Shown: positions 1 to 9,589 of the stretch, piece by piece | Layout of the letters: every line of letters begins with the position of its first letter | How positions within the stretch are numbered: position 1 is the first letter of the stretch | Assembly (NCBI GenBank): GCA_019423565.1 | Contig: JAHZBE010000001.1 | Location: forward strand, 65,134-129,133 | Reading direction: 5' to 3' | DNA: 64,000 nucleotides | Source: a bacterium | GTDB taxonomy: Bacteria > Bacillota_I > Bacilli_A > RF39 > UBA660 | Translations under genes and position numbers: made by a program | The notes under the pieces: generated by a model | What the model was told of the DNA's origin: nothing | What the model saw: only the letters and a program-made list of their open reading frames with translations | Databases searched by the model: none

Positions 1-363
1 GAAAGTGTAATAATATCAAATGGTAAATTAAATTTTAGTGAAATGAAAAAACAGAAATATAATTTAAATGATTTATTACTTCAACTACGCGATAAAGGAA
101 TAAGAACAATAGAAGAAGTAGATTATGCAATATTAGAAACAAATGGTAAATTATCAGTATTTCAAAAACAAGATGATAATAATAATGTTTTTCCATTACC
201 ATTAGTACTTGATGGTGTAATAGAAGAAAATAATTTAAAATTTATTAATAAAACAAGAAAATGGTTAAATAATGAATTAAGTAAAAAGAAAATAAATCTT
301 GATAATATTTTTTATGCTTTTTATAAAGATGATGATATATATGTAATAGAAAACGAAAATTAA
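1..363 (+). CDS. DUF421/YetF-like protein, C-terminal part (5' end lies outside the window)
   Basis: Frame 1 is open from nt 1 (ESVIISNGKLNFSE precedes the tracked Met). 'LNDLLLQLRDKGIRTIEEVDYAILETNGKLSV' fits the DUF421 C-terminal domain as I recall it. A hairpin terminator follows. Confidence 0.55.
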   Translation, partial: ESVIISNGKLNFSEMKKQKYNLNDLLLQLRDKGIRTIEEVDYAILETNGKLSVFQKQDDNNNVFPLPLVLDGVIEENNLKFINKTRKWLNNELSKKKINLDNIFYAFYKDDDIYVIENEN

Positions 364-376
364 TTTCGTTTTTTTA
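351..376 (+). terminator. Rho-independent terminator
   Basis: AAACGAAA (351-358) pairs with TTTCGTTT (364-371), followed by a T run. It overlaps the stop codon. Confidence 0.7.
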
Positions 377-480
377 TATGTTTATTATATAATGTTAATA
401 TTAGTTGACAAATTTCAAAGTTAAAATGCTTGAATGCAACTTATATATTTTTTATAATGAACTTGAAATGAGGTGAAAGT

Positions 481-1074
481 ATGTCTTTAGGAGAAAGACT
501 ATTAGATTTAAGAAAAAAGAAAGGGTTATCACAAGAAGAAATTGCGGGATTATTAGATGTATCAAGACAAACGATAAGTAAATGGGAAACAGATCAAAGT
601 ACACCAGATTTTGATAAAATTATTCCTATTTGTAAGTTATATGAAATAGATGCGAATGAATTATTAACAGGTGAAAAAAGTAGTGCAAAAGCACCTAGCG
701 ATAATAGAAAAAGTGCGAAAACAATAAGTTTATCAATAGTTCTTTATATACTATCTACTGTATGGATTATTTTTGCAACAGCAACATTAAATAAACCAAT
801 ACTTGGTGTATGTGTATTTTTAATAATAATTGCGACTGCAACTGGACTTCTTATTTATAATGCCATCTTAAATAAAAAAGAGAAAAAACAAAAAACAAGA
901 GAAGAAAAATTAGTAAGCCAAATAAATGAAATAATAACAATATTTATACTTGTTATATATTTTATTGTAAGTTTTACAACTATGGCTTGGCATATTACTT
1001 GGATTTTATTCATAATAAATGTATTAATTGAAGAAATAGTTAAATTGATTTTTTCTTTAAAAGGAGGTAAATAA
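481..1074 (+). CDS. XRE-family HTH protein with C-terminal transmembrane segments
   Basis: N-terminus 'LRKKKGLSQEEIAGLLDVSRQTISKWETDQSTPD' is a classic Cro/C1 HTH. Hydrophobic helices follow. RBS GAGGTGA lies upstream. Confidence 0.85.
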   Translation: MSLGERLLDLRKKKGLSQEEIAGLLDVSRQTISKWETDQSTPDFDKIIPICKLYEIDANELLTGEKSSAKAPSDNRKSAKTISLSIVLYILSTVWIIFATATLNKPILGVCVFLIIIATATGLLIYNAILNKKEKKQKTREEKLVSQINEIITIFILVIYFIVSFTTMAWHITWILFIINVLIEEIVKLIFSLKGGK

Positions 1075-1973
1075 TGAAAAATAATAAAGTATTAACAATT
1101 GTTTTGATATGTATATGTTCTATTTTTACTATTTTATTATCTATATTTTTAGTAGTATCAATAAAAGATAAAAATAAATTTACATTTAATTTTGATTTTC
1201 TTAAAAAAGGAGAAAGTAATAATTTAATATATAATGAAAGTTTTGATGATATAAATAAAAATGTTAATATTAAAGTTTCTTCATCAAATATTTATATAAA
1301 AAATTCGAGTGATAATAAAACAACATTAAAAATGTATGGAAGTGAAAAATCAAAAGATGATTTAAAAGTAACAAACGAAGAAGATTTAAATATAAATGTT
1401 GAATCAAAAGGATGCATTGGTTTTTGTTTTAATAATGAAGTAGATAAAGTTATATTATATTTACCAGAAACATTTGATAAAAAAATAAATATTGAAAATT
1501 CTTATGGAGATGCAAAAATAGAAAAATTTGAAAATATTATATTAAATGCAAAAATATCATCGGGTGATATTAATGTAGATACTGTAAAAGAAATTAATAT
1601 AGATAATGATTATGGAGATGTTTTTATAAATAAAGTTGAAACTGCTAAAATTAATGCTAGTGCGGGAAACATAAAAATTGATGAAGTAAATAATATAAAT
1701 GCTGATAATAACTATGGAGACATAAAAATTAAAAATGTATATAATTATATAAATTTAAATTGTGATTGTGGTGATATAAAAATAAATAATGCCACTTTAA
1801 ATAAAAATTCAGTAATTAAAGATGATTATGGTGATATTACCATTTCAAATATTAAAAATGTTTATATTGATTCAAAAACAGATTATGGAGATAATGATAT
1901 AAATAATAATGATAGAAAATCAGATATAGTTTTAAAGATTAAAAATAATTGCGGGGATATAAAAGTTAATTGA
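1074..1973 (+). CDS. DUF4097-like beta-helical repeat protein with an N-terminal membrane anchor
   Basis: Start overlaps the upstream stop (ATAATG). The motif (N/D)YGD(I/V)xI recurs about 7 times at ~20-25 aa spacing. Pairing with a membrane HTH protein is common for this family. Confidence 0.7.
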   Translation: MKNNKVLTIVLICICSIFTILLSIFLVVSIKDKNKFTFNFDFLKKGESNNLIYNESFDDINKNVNIKVSSSNIYIKNSSDNKTTLKMYGSEKSKDDLKVTNEEDLNINVESKGCIGFCFNNEVDKVILYLPETFDKKINIENSYGDAKIEKFENIILNAKISSGDINVDTVKEINIDNDYGDVFINKVETAKINASAGNIKIDEVNNINADNNYGDIKIKNVYNYINLNCDCGDIKINNATLNKNSVIKDDYGDITISNIKNVYIDSKTDYGDNDINNNDRKSDIVLKIKNNCGDIKVN

Positions 1974-2030
1974 GTTGACTTTTATATTTTTTTTAGATAT
2001 AATATCATTGCGCTTGAAAAGGGGGATACT

Positions 2031-2648
2031 ATGAAAGAAAAACTAATTGATTTAAACAAAAGATTAATACAGATAAAAAGAAAAAATGATGAAAATGGAT
2101 ATATGCTTATTAATGTAAGTGAATCACTAAAAAATGATGGTATACATTATAGCAGGGAAGAATTTGATAAAATGGTTGTACCTAATAATATGGCAGTATA
2201 TACTGTATTAAAATATTTTGAAAAACAACTTCAATATCAAGAAAAATTAAAATATACTACTTCAGATAAAGTAGATTTCCAAATTGGTATAGAAGTAGTT
2301 ACTAAAAGTAAAACATATGAACCTGAAAAGAAAAAATACTATAAATATGAAAATATGGTTGTAATAACTCCATATGCCTTTGCAAATTTAGGACCAAAAA
2401 CAGATACAATATATTTAGAGGATGTAAATGTTCCAGAAGAAGAAAGAGTAAAAATTCCACATATAGCAGTTAATTATGAAGAATTTTTTAAGGAAATGAA
2501 AAGTTATGGATATGATTTTGGTGCTTCTACATTTGATGATTTACTTACAACATTTAAAAACTCAGAATATACATATGATATACACAATGATAGAATTTTA
2601 AATCCAACATTAAGTATTGATGCTGGTAAACAAAAGAAATTAATATAG
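2031..2648 (+). CDS. hypothetical protein
   Basis: Long ORF with RBS GGGGGA upstream; no motif recognised. Confidence 0.6.
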   Translation: MKEKLIDLNKRLIQIKRKNDENGYMLINVSESLKNDGIHYSREEFDKMVVPNNMAVYTVLKYFEKQLQYQEKLKYTTSDKVDFQIGIEVVTKSKTYEPEKKKYYKYENMVVITPYAFANLGPKTDTIYLEDVNVPEEERVKIPHIAVNYEEFFKEMKSYGYDFGASTFDDLLTTFKNSEYTYDIHNDRILNPTLSIDAGKQKKLI

Positions 2649-2684
2649 TTCTAAACTATAGGAAATATTCATTTATATTATTAG

Positions 2685-3440
2685 GTGATAATAGTGGATA
2701 TTTTCTATAGTTTTTTTATTACTTCTTTAGCAGGCCTAGCAACTATGTTAGGTACATTTGTAATATTTTTTTCATCAAAAAATAAGGATAAAATAATTAT
2801 TTCTTCGTTATCTTTTGCATCTGGTGTTATGGTATGTGTTTCACTTTTAGATTTAATGCCCGAATCATTAAATATGCTTAATAATAACTTAAATTTATTT
2901 TTAAGTATTATATTATTTTTAATATTTTTATGTATTGGTGTTCTAACATCTATGGCAGTAGATAAATATTTACCAGAAACAAAAGAAAATACAAAACTAT
3001 ATAGAGTTGGAATAATATCTATGCTTGCGATTATACTTCATAATATTCCAGAAGGTATTGCAACATTTATGGCATCAAGTATGGATAAAACACTTGGAAT
3101 AAGTTTAGCAATCGCAATAGCTATGCATAATTTGCCAGAAGGAATAAGTATTGCAGTACCAATTTATTATTCTACAAATAAAAAATCAAAAGCATTTATT
3201 TATACATTTATATCAGCTATTTCAGAACCATTTGGTGCATTAATAGCGTTTATCTTTCTAAAAAACTTTGTAAATGATATATTCATGGGATTATTGTTTT
3301 CATTTATTGCGGGAATAATGATACATATATCATTTTATGAATTACTTCCAGAATCTAAAAGATATAAAAACTATAAACTTACATCTATATTTTTTATTAT
3401 TGGAATTATATTTATGTGTATTAATTTATTTTTGTTTTAA
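2685..3440 (+). CDS. zupT: ZIP-family zinc transporter ZupT
   Basis: Paired 'HNIPEGIA' and 'HNLPEGISIAVP' motifs in a polytopic membrane protein. The tracked start is GTG. Confidence 0.85.
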   Translation: MIIVDIFYSFFITSLAGLATMLGTFVIFFSSKNKDKIIISSLSFASGVMVCVSLLDLMPESLNMLNNNLNLFLSIILFLIFLCIGVLTSMAVDKYLPETKENTKLYRVGIISMLAIILHNIPEGIATFMASSMDKTLGISLAIAIAMHNLPEGISIAVPIYYSTNKKSKAFIYTFISAISEPFGALIAFIFLKNFVNDIFMGLLFSFIAGIMIHISFYELLPESKRYKNYKLTSIFFIIGIIFMCINLFLF

Positions 3441-3543
3441 ATTTGTAAAACTATTGTGTATAAGTGTTTATATATGATAATTTGACAAAATAAATTGTTT
3501 ATGTTAGTATATATCTCGTTATTAGAAAGAGGGGGAAATTTTT

Positions 3544-4242
3544 ATGATAACAGAATATATTTGTGTTGATGATAAAGTAGTTGCAACAGATGATAATAAA
3601 GGATTGGTAAAATTAGATTATCAGGATAATATAGGTGAAGTATTATCACAAAAAAATATAATTGAAGAGTTAGAAAAACATATTAATGATTTAGTAACAA
3701 CCAAAAAAAATCTAAATAATCCTAAAACTTTTTTGAAAGAAAATTTACGCTTTTTTATACAAATAGATTCGGTTTTTGCAATTGGATTGGCATGCATGTA
3801 TCATATTAATCCCGATAAACTTTTTGAAGCTATAATTCCTTTCTTAGTAGCATGTTCAGCTACAACGTATGCAGGATATAAAGCATGTAAAAGAGAAAGA
3901 AAGTTAAAGGTTGAAGCTGTCGAACAAGAAATAAGAGAATTCGGGAAAACATTAAAAAAAGAAAAACAAAAATTGAAAGAATTAGAAAGTGAAAAAAAAG
4001 TGGAGCAAAGGGTATCTGAGGATGTAAACTATGTTGATAATAGAAAATTAACTGATATAGAACGAAGAAAAAAAGCTTATATGATTTTTCGTGATAACTG
4101 TTTAAAACCGATGAATGAGATAATAAAAGAAAATTCAAAAGGTAAGCTTATTCGTGATGGTGTCAAAGCTGATGATGATCTTATTGATAATGTAAAACAA
4201 ATTTCAGATAGTGTTGCATTAGGTTTACGTGCTGGAAAATAA
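3544..4242 (+). CDS. hypothetical protein (central hydrophobic segment, K/E-rich coiled-coil region)
   Basis: ORF with RBS AGAGGGGGA upstream and a terminator downstream. Confidence 0.6.
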   Translation: MITEYICVDDKVVATDDNKGLVKLDYQDNIGEVLSQKNIIEELEKHINDLVTTKKNLNNPKTFLKENLRFFIQIDSVFAIGLACMYHINPDKLFEAIIPFLVACSATTYAGYKACKRERKLKVEAVEQEIREFGKTLKKEKQKLKELESEKKVEQRVSEDVNYVDNRKLTDIERRKKAYMIFRDNCLKPMNEIIKENSKGKLIRDGVKADDDLIDNVKQISDSVALGLRAGK

Positions 4243-4243
4243 A

Positions 4244-4267
4244 AATCTCAAAATGAGATTTTTTTTG
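4244..4267 (+). terminator. Rho-independent terminator
   Basis: AATCTCA-AAA-TGAGATT followed by T6. Confidence 0.8.
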
Positions 4268-4382
4268 TGGGTAAAATAAATATAATAAATTGACAAATTT
4301 TAAATCTATGATATTATAATTTTGATAAATTTATAGAAGAAATATTATTTGTGAATGAAAAAGAATTAGAGGAGGAGAATTT

Positions 4383-5318
4383 ATGATAAAGATATATAAA
4401 ACAAATGAAAGCAATATGATTGAAAGAATAGATGAAGTTATTGATAATTGTTGGATAGATTTAGTTTCACCAACAAAAGAAGAAATTGAAGTTGTTTCAT
4501 TAAAAACAGGCATTGATAAAGATCTTATTTTAAAAATGCTAGATGAAGAAGAAACTCCAAGATTTGAAAAGGAAGATGATTCTACTTTGATTGTAATAGA
4601 TTCACCATATATTGGTGATGATAATGTTAAATATTCAACTCTTCCTCTTGGAATAATTACTGGTAGTAATAAACATATACTTACAATATCATCACAAAAA
4701 CTAGAAGTTTTAAAACTTTTTAAAAGAGGAAAAATAAAAGATATAAATACATCACTTAGATCAAGACTTACAATTCAAATATTATATGAAAATGCTAAAT
4801 TATATTTAAAATATTTAAGAATGATAGATAAGGAAATTGATAAAACTGAAAAAGAATTACATAGTTTATCAGAAAATGAAGAACTTATTAATGTACTTAA
4901 TATTGAAAAGAGTTTAGTATATTTTATTACATCTTTAAAAGAAAACAAAAGAGTTATTGAAAAGATTAATAGAGGAAATGTTATTCCTATGTATGAAGAA
5001 GATTTAGACCTTTTAGAAGATGCCTCAATAGAAAATGAGCAAGCAAGTGAAATGGCTAATATTTATAGAGAAATATTAAGCAGTGTATCAGATACATATG
5101 CAACTTTAATATCTAATAATTTAAATATTGCCATGAAAATATTAACAAGTATAACAATTATTTTCTCTGTTCCAACTATGGTAGCGTCTTTTCTTGGTAT
5201 GAATGTTCATCTTGGAATTATTTCTGATTTAAAATATGGTTTTTTAATTATAATTGGTTTTTGCATTATTGTTTCAATTATAATTGCATTTATATTTAAA
5301 AAGAAAAAATTATTATAA
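4383..5318 (+). CDS. corA: CorA-family magnesium/cobalt transporter
   Basis: C-terminal 'FLGMNV' (GMN motif) sits between two TM helices. Size is ~310 aa. RBS GGAGGAG. TTGACA -35 at 4291-4296. Confidence 0.85.
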   Translation: MIKIYKTNESNMIERIDEVIDNCWIDLVSPTKEEIEVVSLKTGIDKDLILKMLDEEETPRFEKEDDSTLIVIDSPYIGDDNVKYSTLPLGIITGSNKHILTISSQKLEVLKLFKRGKIKDINTSLRSRLTIQILYENAKLYLKYLRMIDKEIDKTEKELHSLSENEELINVLNIEKSLVYFITSLKENKRVIEKINRGNVIPMYEEDLDLLEDASIENEQASEMANIYREILSSVSDTYATLISNNLNIAMKILTSITIIFSVPTMVASFLGMNVHLGIISDLKYGFLIIIGFCIIVSIIIAFIFKKKKLL

Positions 5319-5385
5319 AACTTATGGTCTTTTTTTATTGTAAATAGAAAAGTATTTGAATAATTTATTAATAGAAGGTGTTAAA

Positions 5386-5946
5386 ATGATTAAACTAATT
5401 AAAGAACAAATTAAACTTATAAAAGAAAAAGATCCTGCAGTTAATAGCATTTTTGAAGTATTATTATATCCTAGTTTAAAAGTACAAATTTATTATAAAA
5501 TATCGCATTATTTATATTTGAAAAAACATTATTTTTTAGCGAGATTAATATCAGAAAAAGCAAAAAGAAAAACAGGTATTGAAATTCATCCTGGTGCTAA
5601 AATAGGTAAAAGATTATTTATTGATCATGGTTTTGGCGTTGTTATAGGAGAAACTGCTATTATTGGTGATAATGTAACGATTTATCATGGTGTTACCTTA
5701 GGAGGAACAGGCAAAGAAAAAGGTAAAAGACATCCAACTATAGAAAATAATGTAATGATAGGAGCATCTGCTAAAGTACTTGGAAATATTGTTATTGGTG
5801 AAAATTCTAAAATAGGTGCAGGAGCAATAGTTTTAAATGACATACCAAAAAATGTAACTGCAGTAGGCGTTCCAGCAAAAGTTGTTAAAACGAATGATAT
5901 TTCTTTTGACAAAGAAAGAATAAATGAAATAATAAAACTTTTATAA
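5386..5946 (+). CDS. cysE: serine O-acetyltransferase
   Basis: '[41 protein letters not shown]' is the hexapeptide-repeat core of CysE. I prefer the ATG at 5386 (RBS GAAGGTG) over the tracked TTG at 5356. Confidence 0.9.
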   Translation: MIKLIKEQIKLIKEKDPAVNSIFEVLLYPSLKVQIYYKISHYLYLKKHYFLARLISEKAKRKTGIEIHPGAKIGKRLFIDHGFGVVIGETAIIGDNVTIYHGVTLGGTGKEKGKRHPTIENNVMIGASAKVLGNIVIGENSKIGAGAIVLNDIPKNVTAVGVPAKVVKTNDISFDKERINEIIKLL

Positions 5947-6119
5947 AATCTTATTGTATATTTTTTATGTTGTGTTATAATATTTTTACATTGATTGACT
6001 TGCCAAGTGTCAATAGTAAAATTTGGTCGATAATTTATATTTTTAGGCAAGAAAAATATATCTATTCGGGTACACTTTATTAAAGGTGTACTCTTTTTTT
6101 ATTAGGAGGATAATTTAAC

Positions 6120-6977
6120 ATGAATGAAATTATAGAAGCAGAAACCATAAACATAGAAGATATGATATATGAAATAAGAGGGAAGCAAGTAATGTTAGAT
6201 TCTGATTTGGCAAGATTATACGAATGTACAAATGGAACTAAAACTATTAATCAAGCAGTTAAGAGACATATAAATAAATTTCCAGAACGATATATGTTTC
6301 AACTTAATGAATTAGAATTTAAAAATATTTGCGGTCCCAATTTGGGACCGCAAGTTAATAAAATTCGAACAATGCCATATGCATTTACAGAACAGGGAGT
6401 CGCAATGCTTGCTACTATACTTAAAACACCTGTTGCAGATATTGTTGGTATGAAAATAATTGATGCATTTGTTTATATGAAAAGGTATTTATCATTTGAA
6501 AATAAAAATTCAATAATATTAAATCATGAAGAAAGAATTCTAAAATTAGAGAAATCTTTTGATAAGTTAAATGAAAAAGAGAAGATTAATGCAATATTTT
6601 ACGAAGGACAAATATATGATGCATATTCACTATTAATTGATATATTTAAAGAAGCAAATGAAGAAATAATTATAATAGATAATTATGCAGATAAAAGTAT
6701 TTTAGATATGATTACAAATCTAAATGTAAAAGTAACTATCGTTACCAAAAAATTTAATTTATTAAAAGATATAGATATAAAAAAATATAATAAACAATAT
6801 CATAATTTAAAAGTAATATATAGTGATAAGTTTCATGATAGATTCGTAATACTAGATAAAAAGGTATTATATCATTCAGGTGCATCATTTAAAGATTTAG
6901 GGAATAAATGTTTTGCAATTAATAAAATAGAAGATAATGAATATTTAAAGAATACACTAAAAAAGATAAAAGAATAA
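6120..6977 (+). CDS. ORF6N-domain (KilA-N-like DNA-binding) protein with an HKD-like C-terminal region
   Basis: 'IRGKQVMLDSDLARLYECTNGTKTINQAVKRHINKFPERYMFQL...MPYAFTEQGVAML' is the ORF6N signature. The C-terminus has 'HDRFVILDKKVLYHSGAS', resembling HxKx4Dx6GS. Confidence 0.8.
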   Translation: MNEIIEAETINIEDMIYEIRGKQVMLDSDLARLYECTNGTKTINQAVKRHINKFPERYMFQLNELEFKNICGPNLGPQVNKIRTMPYAFTEQGVAMLATILKTPVADIVGMKIIDAFVYMKRYLSFENKNSIILNHEERILKLEKSFDKLNEKEKINAIFYEGQIYDAYSLLIDIFKEANEEIIIIDNYADKSILDMITNLNVKVTIVTKKFNLLKDIDIKKYNKQYHNLKVIYSDKFHDRFVILDKKVLYHSGASFKDLGNKCFAINKIEDNEYLKNTLKKIKE

Positions 6978-6988
6978 AAAATGTGAAC

Positions 6989-7048
6989 TTAACAAAAGAT
7001 GATTTGTTTAAGTTAAACCTGAGGTCGCAAATTGCGACCTCAAGTTGG
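6989..7048 (+). pseudogene. ~20-codon relic of a second ORF6N gene
   Basis: Translates as LTKDDLFKLNLRSQIATSSW, the canonical ORF6N 'QLTKEEFENLRSQ(F/I)ATS' block. It has no start codon and is flanked by stops. Confidence 0.5.
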
Positions 7049-7226
7049 AATATTTTAAAATTAATAAATATTTAAAAGGATGCATATTAAAAAATTCCTA
7101 GATAAATTCATAAAAAATTTTAAAATATAGACTATGATAATTATTTATGATATAAATTATATTGACTAATATTATGAAAAAATTAAGTATTATTTAGAAA
7201 AAATACAAAAGTATATGGTGGTAAAT

Positions 7227-7940
7227 ATGGATTATAATGATATTAAAAATATTGATATAAGTAAAATAGATAAAAATAAATGTTTTTTACATTATACAAA
7301 CAAGAATAATATTGATAGTATATTTAAATTCGGACTAGAACCTAGAATCGGTAAAAATTCAATGGCAATAGAAAAAAGTAAAAAAATCTTTTTTACAGAA
7401 GGGTTTGATAATACACTTATTTTAATGGATGCATGGATTAAATGGTTAGTTTTAAGACCAAAAAATAATTTTATTTATAGATGTGGTGCATTTTTTATGA
7501 CAAAATCATTTTTTCCAAGAGTTATAGTTGATACTATATTTAAAAATTGGATAAAAAGTGATAGAAGAATAGATTACGCTTGTAAAAAACTCAATAATAT
7601 TTTAAATGAAAGTGTTTTTTTATTTTTAGATTTAAAAGAAAATATAGATTTTAAATATAATGATATTGATGAAGTTAAAAATCAAAAATTTTCAAGAAAA
7701 CAACTAAAATATGTATACACATATTGTGATAATATAGAAGATAATACTATTGAAAAATGGAATATGCATACATTATCTAATAAGAAAATAGAAAAAGAAA
7801 AAATAACATTACTAAAATTAAATAAATCATTTAATGCAAATGATTTATTAGAATATATGTATAATCAATCAAGCCTTAATTTTTCTTTAATTCTTCCATT
7901 TTTATACAAATACATTAATGAATATATATTAAGAAAATAA
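7227..7940 (+). CDS. hypothetical protein
   Basis: Long ORF. The ATG at 7227 has GGTGG 6 nt upstream (tracked start 7215). No confident family assignment. Confidence 0.6.
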   Translation: MDYNDIKNIDISKIDKNKCFLHYTNKNNIDSIFKFGLEPRIGKNSMAIEKSKKIFFTEGFDNTLILMDAWIKWLVLRPKNNFIYRCGAFFMTKSFFPRVIVDTIFKNWIKSDRRIDYACKKLNNILNESVFLFLDLKENIDFKYNDIDEVKNQKFSRKQLKYVYTYCDNIEDNTIEKWNMHTLSNKKIEKEKITLLKLNKSFNANDLLEYMYNQSSLNFSLILPFLYKYINEYILRK

Positions 7941-7953
7941 TAATATATTGCAT

Positions 7954-9249
7954 CTATTTATTTCTAAATATTTTTTTAACCTTAATGTAATTAAATACAG
8001 TAACATAGATTATATTTACAACTGTAGCAATTACTAAAGGATATAATCCAATTTTGAAGAATGATAAAATAATAATTAATGCAATTTTTATAATACTTCC
8101 AACAAGAGTACTATGCATTGCATCTTTTGCTTTATCAAGTGCTTGCATTACAGATACTAAAGGAGTTTGAATATATAATAGTAAGAAAAATGGTGCGAGT
8201 TTTCTTATGTATGAAACGCCTTCATTGGTATTATATATAAGTTTCATAAAAATTTCAGGGAATATCATTAAAATTATAGTAAAGAATAATCCAATAGCAA
8301 ATGATAATAATAATGATTGCTTAATTTTTTTCTTAACATAAGGTATTTTATTATTTGCGTATCCATTTGAAATAACAGGTAATGTAGCTTGACTTATTGC
8401 CATTGTAAAGAAAGATGGAAGAAGTAGTAGAGGCATAACATATCCAGTTAAAACGCCATATTCATATGTAATATAATTAGTTGTATAACCATTCATTAAA
8501 AGAAAACTAGTTAAAACAATTGGTTCTAAAAAATAACCAATAGTACCAATTATTCTAGAACCTGTTGTTGGAATGGAAATGTTTAAAACATCCTTAATAA
8601 TAATTTTTTCAGGTTTTAACATTTCTTTAGTAATTTTTATTTTTCTGGGTAAGAAGAAATATAAAATTATTATAGATGTTGTTTCACTAATTACATTTGA
8701 TAAAATAAGAAATGTAACACTTACTCTTGGTTCATAATTAGATAGTAGGGGCAAAAATATTATGTTTAAAACAATTCTAACGACTTGTTCAAAATTATTT
8801 GAAAGAACATGTGGAAACATATTTTCTTTTCCAAAAAAATAACCTCTTATTATTCCAGATAAACTTATAAATGGAAGAGTAAGACCAATACACATTATTG
8901 GAAATGAGAGACTATCATTATGAAGAAATTTTGCAATTAATGGAGATATAAAAATAAGAAGTATCATTAGGAAAAACGTAGTACATATTGATATAAAAAT
9001 AGATGAAAATACAATTTTTTTATTATCTTTTTTATTTTCTGATACTATTTTACTAACAGATATAGGAAGTCCACCTTGAGCAAGTGTTATAAACAAATTA
9101 AATGTTGGCATTATAAGCATATAAAGTCCAAGAGTTTCTGTTCCAATTATTCTAGTAGTTATTATTTTTATAAGCATTCCAAGTACTTTAGTCAAAAATC
9201 CACCAACAAGTAAAATTAAAGTACTTTTAATAAATTTATTCATTTTCAT
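7954..9249 (-). CDS. MOP-superfamily flippase (MurJ/SpoVB-like polysaccharide biosynthesis protein)
   Basis: 'KSTLILLVGGFLTKVLGMLIKIITTRIIGTETLGLYMLIMPTF' is a typical SpoVB/MurJ N-terminus and the protein is polytopic. Start moved to MKMNKF (GGAGG RBS). Confidence 0.8.
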   Translation of the reverse strand: MKMNKFIKSTLILLVGGFLTKVLGMLIKIITTRIIGTETLGLYMLIMPTFNLFITLAQGGLPISVSKIVSENKKDNKKIVFSSIFISICTTFFLMILLIFISPLIAKFLHNDSLSFPIMCIGLTLPFISLSGIIRGYFFGKENMFPHVLSNNFEQVVRIVLNIIFLPLLSNYEPRVSVTFLILSNVISETTSIIILYFFLPRKIKITKEMLKPEKIIIKDVLNISIPTTGSRIIGTIGYFLEPIVLTSFLLMNGYTTNYITYEYGVLTGYVMPLLLLPSFFTMAISQATLPVISNGYANNKIPYVKKKIKQSLLLSFAIGLFFTIILMIFPEIFMKLIYNTNEGVSYIRKLAPFFLLLYIQTPLVSVMQALDKAKDAMHSTLVGSIIKIALIIILSFFKIGLYPLVIATVVNIIYVTVFNYIKVKKIFRNK

Positions 9250-9361
9250 TAATTTTGCCTCCAAAAATAACATTTATATAATAAATATATGCTTTTACCT
9301 CTTTAAAAATGGGTAATTTTTTTGTATAATTATATTGCGAGGACAAAAATGGTGACTAAAT

Positions 9362-9589
9362 ATGGATATTGAATTTAAAAGTGCAAGAGAATTATATATG
9401 AAAGTAATTCCTGCATTAAACACAAAAAGAAGAATATTAAATAAAAAAGGAATAAAAATAAGTGATAAAGAAATATTTGAATATCTAGTAAAAAACATAT
9501 GGTCAACAAAAGAAGGATTAGCACTTTGTGATATAGTAAATGATATACTTAGTACTAATGATGATGTATTTAGGAAGGTGAAAGAATGA
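9362..9589 (+). CDS. ComN/YrzD-like post-transcriptional regulator family protein
   Basis: Small protein directly upstream of and overlapping secDF, as in B. subtilis. 'ISDKEIFEYLVKNIWSTKEGLALCDIVNDIL' fits the family. Confidence 0.6.
   Translation: MDIEFKSARELYMKVIPALNTKRRILNKKGIKISDKEIFEYLVKNIWSTKEGLALCDIVNDILSTNDDVFRKVKE

Noticed and set aside
3860-4138. Antisense or shadow ORFs in the supplied track: 3860-4138, 4331-4513, 5685-6050, 9295-9498, 12694-13026, 13350-13553, 14072-14344, 15639-15902, 17841-18047, 18675-18890, 19113-19499, 24412-24606, 25712-25897, 30360-30611, 36673-36918, 37067-37444, 39249-39431, 39371-39589, 46360-46593, 54917-55180.
   Set aside because: Each lies on the strand opposite a CDS with strong family motifs or clear operon context. 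Each has a low-complexity F/I/L/S-rich product typical of AT-rich antisense frames and lacks an RBS.
5973-6100. TGTTATAAT (5973-81) followed ~90 nt later by the hairpin GGGTACAC/GTGTACTC plus T7 (6068-6100), just before the ORF6N RBS. It could be a small RNA or an attenuator leader.
   Set aside because: The hairpin is equally well explained as the cysE terminator (stop at 5946), and the -10-like hexamer is common in AT-rich DNA. There is no conserved riboswitch motif, so it is left as unresolved rather than claimed.
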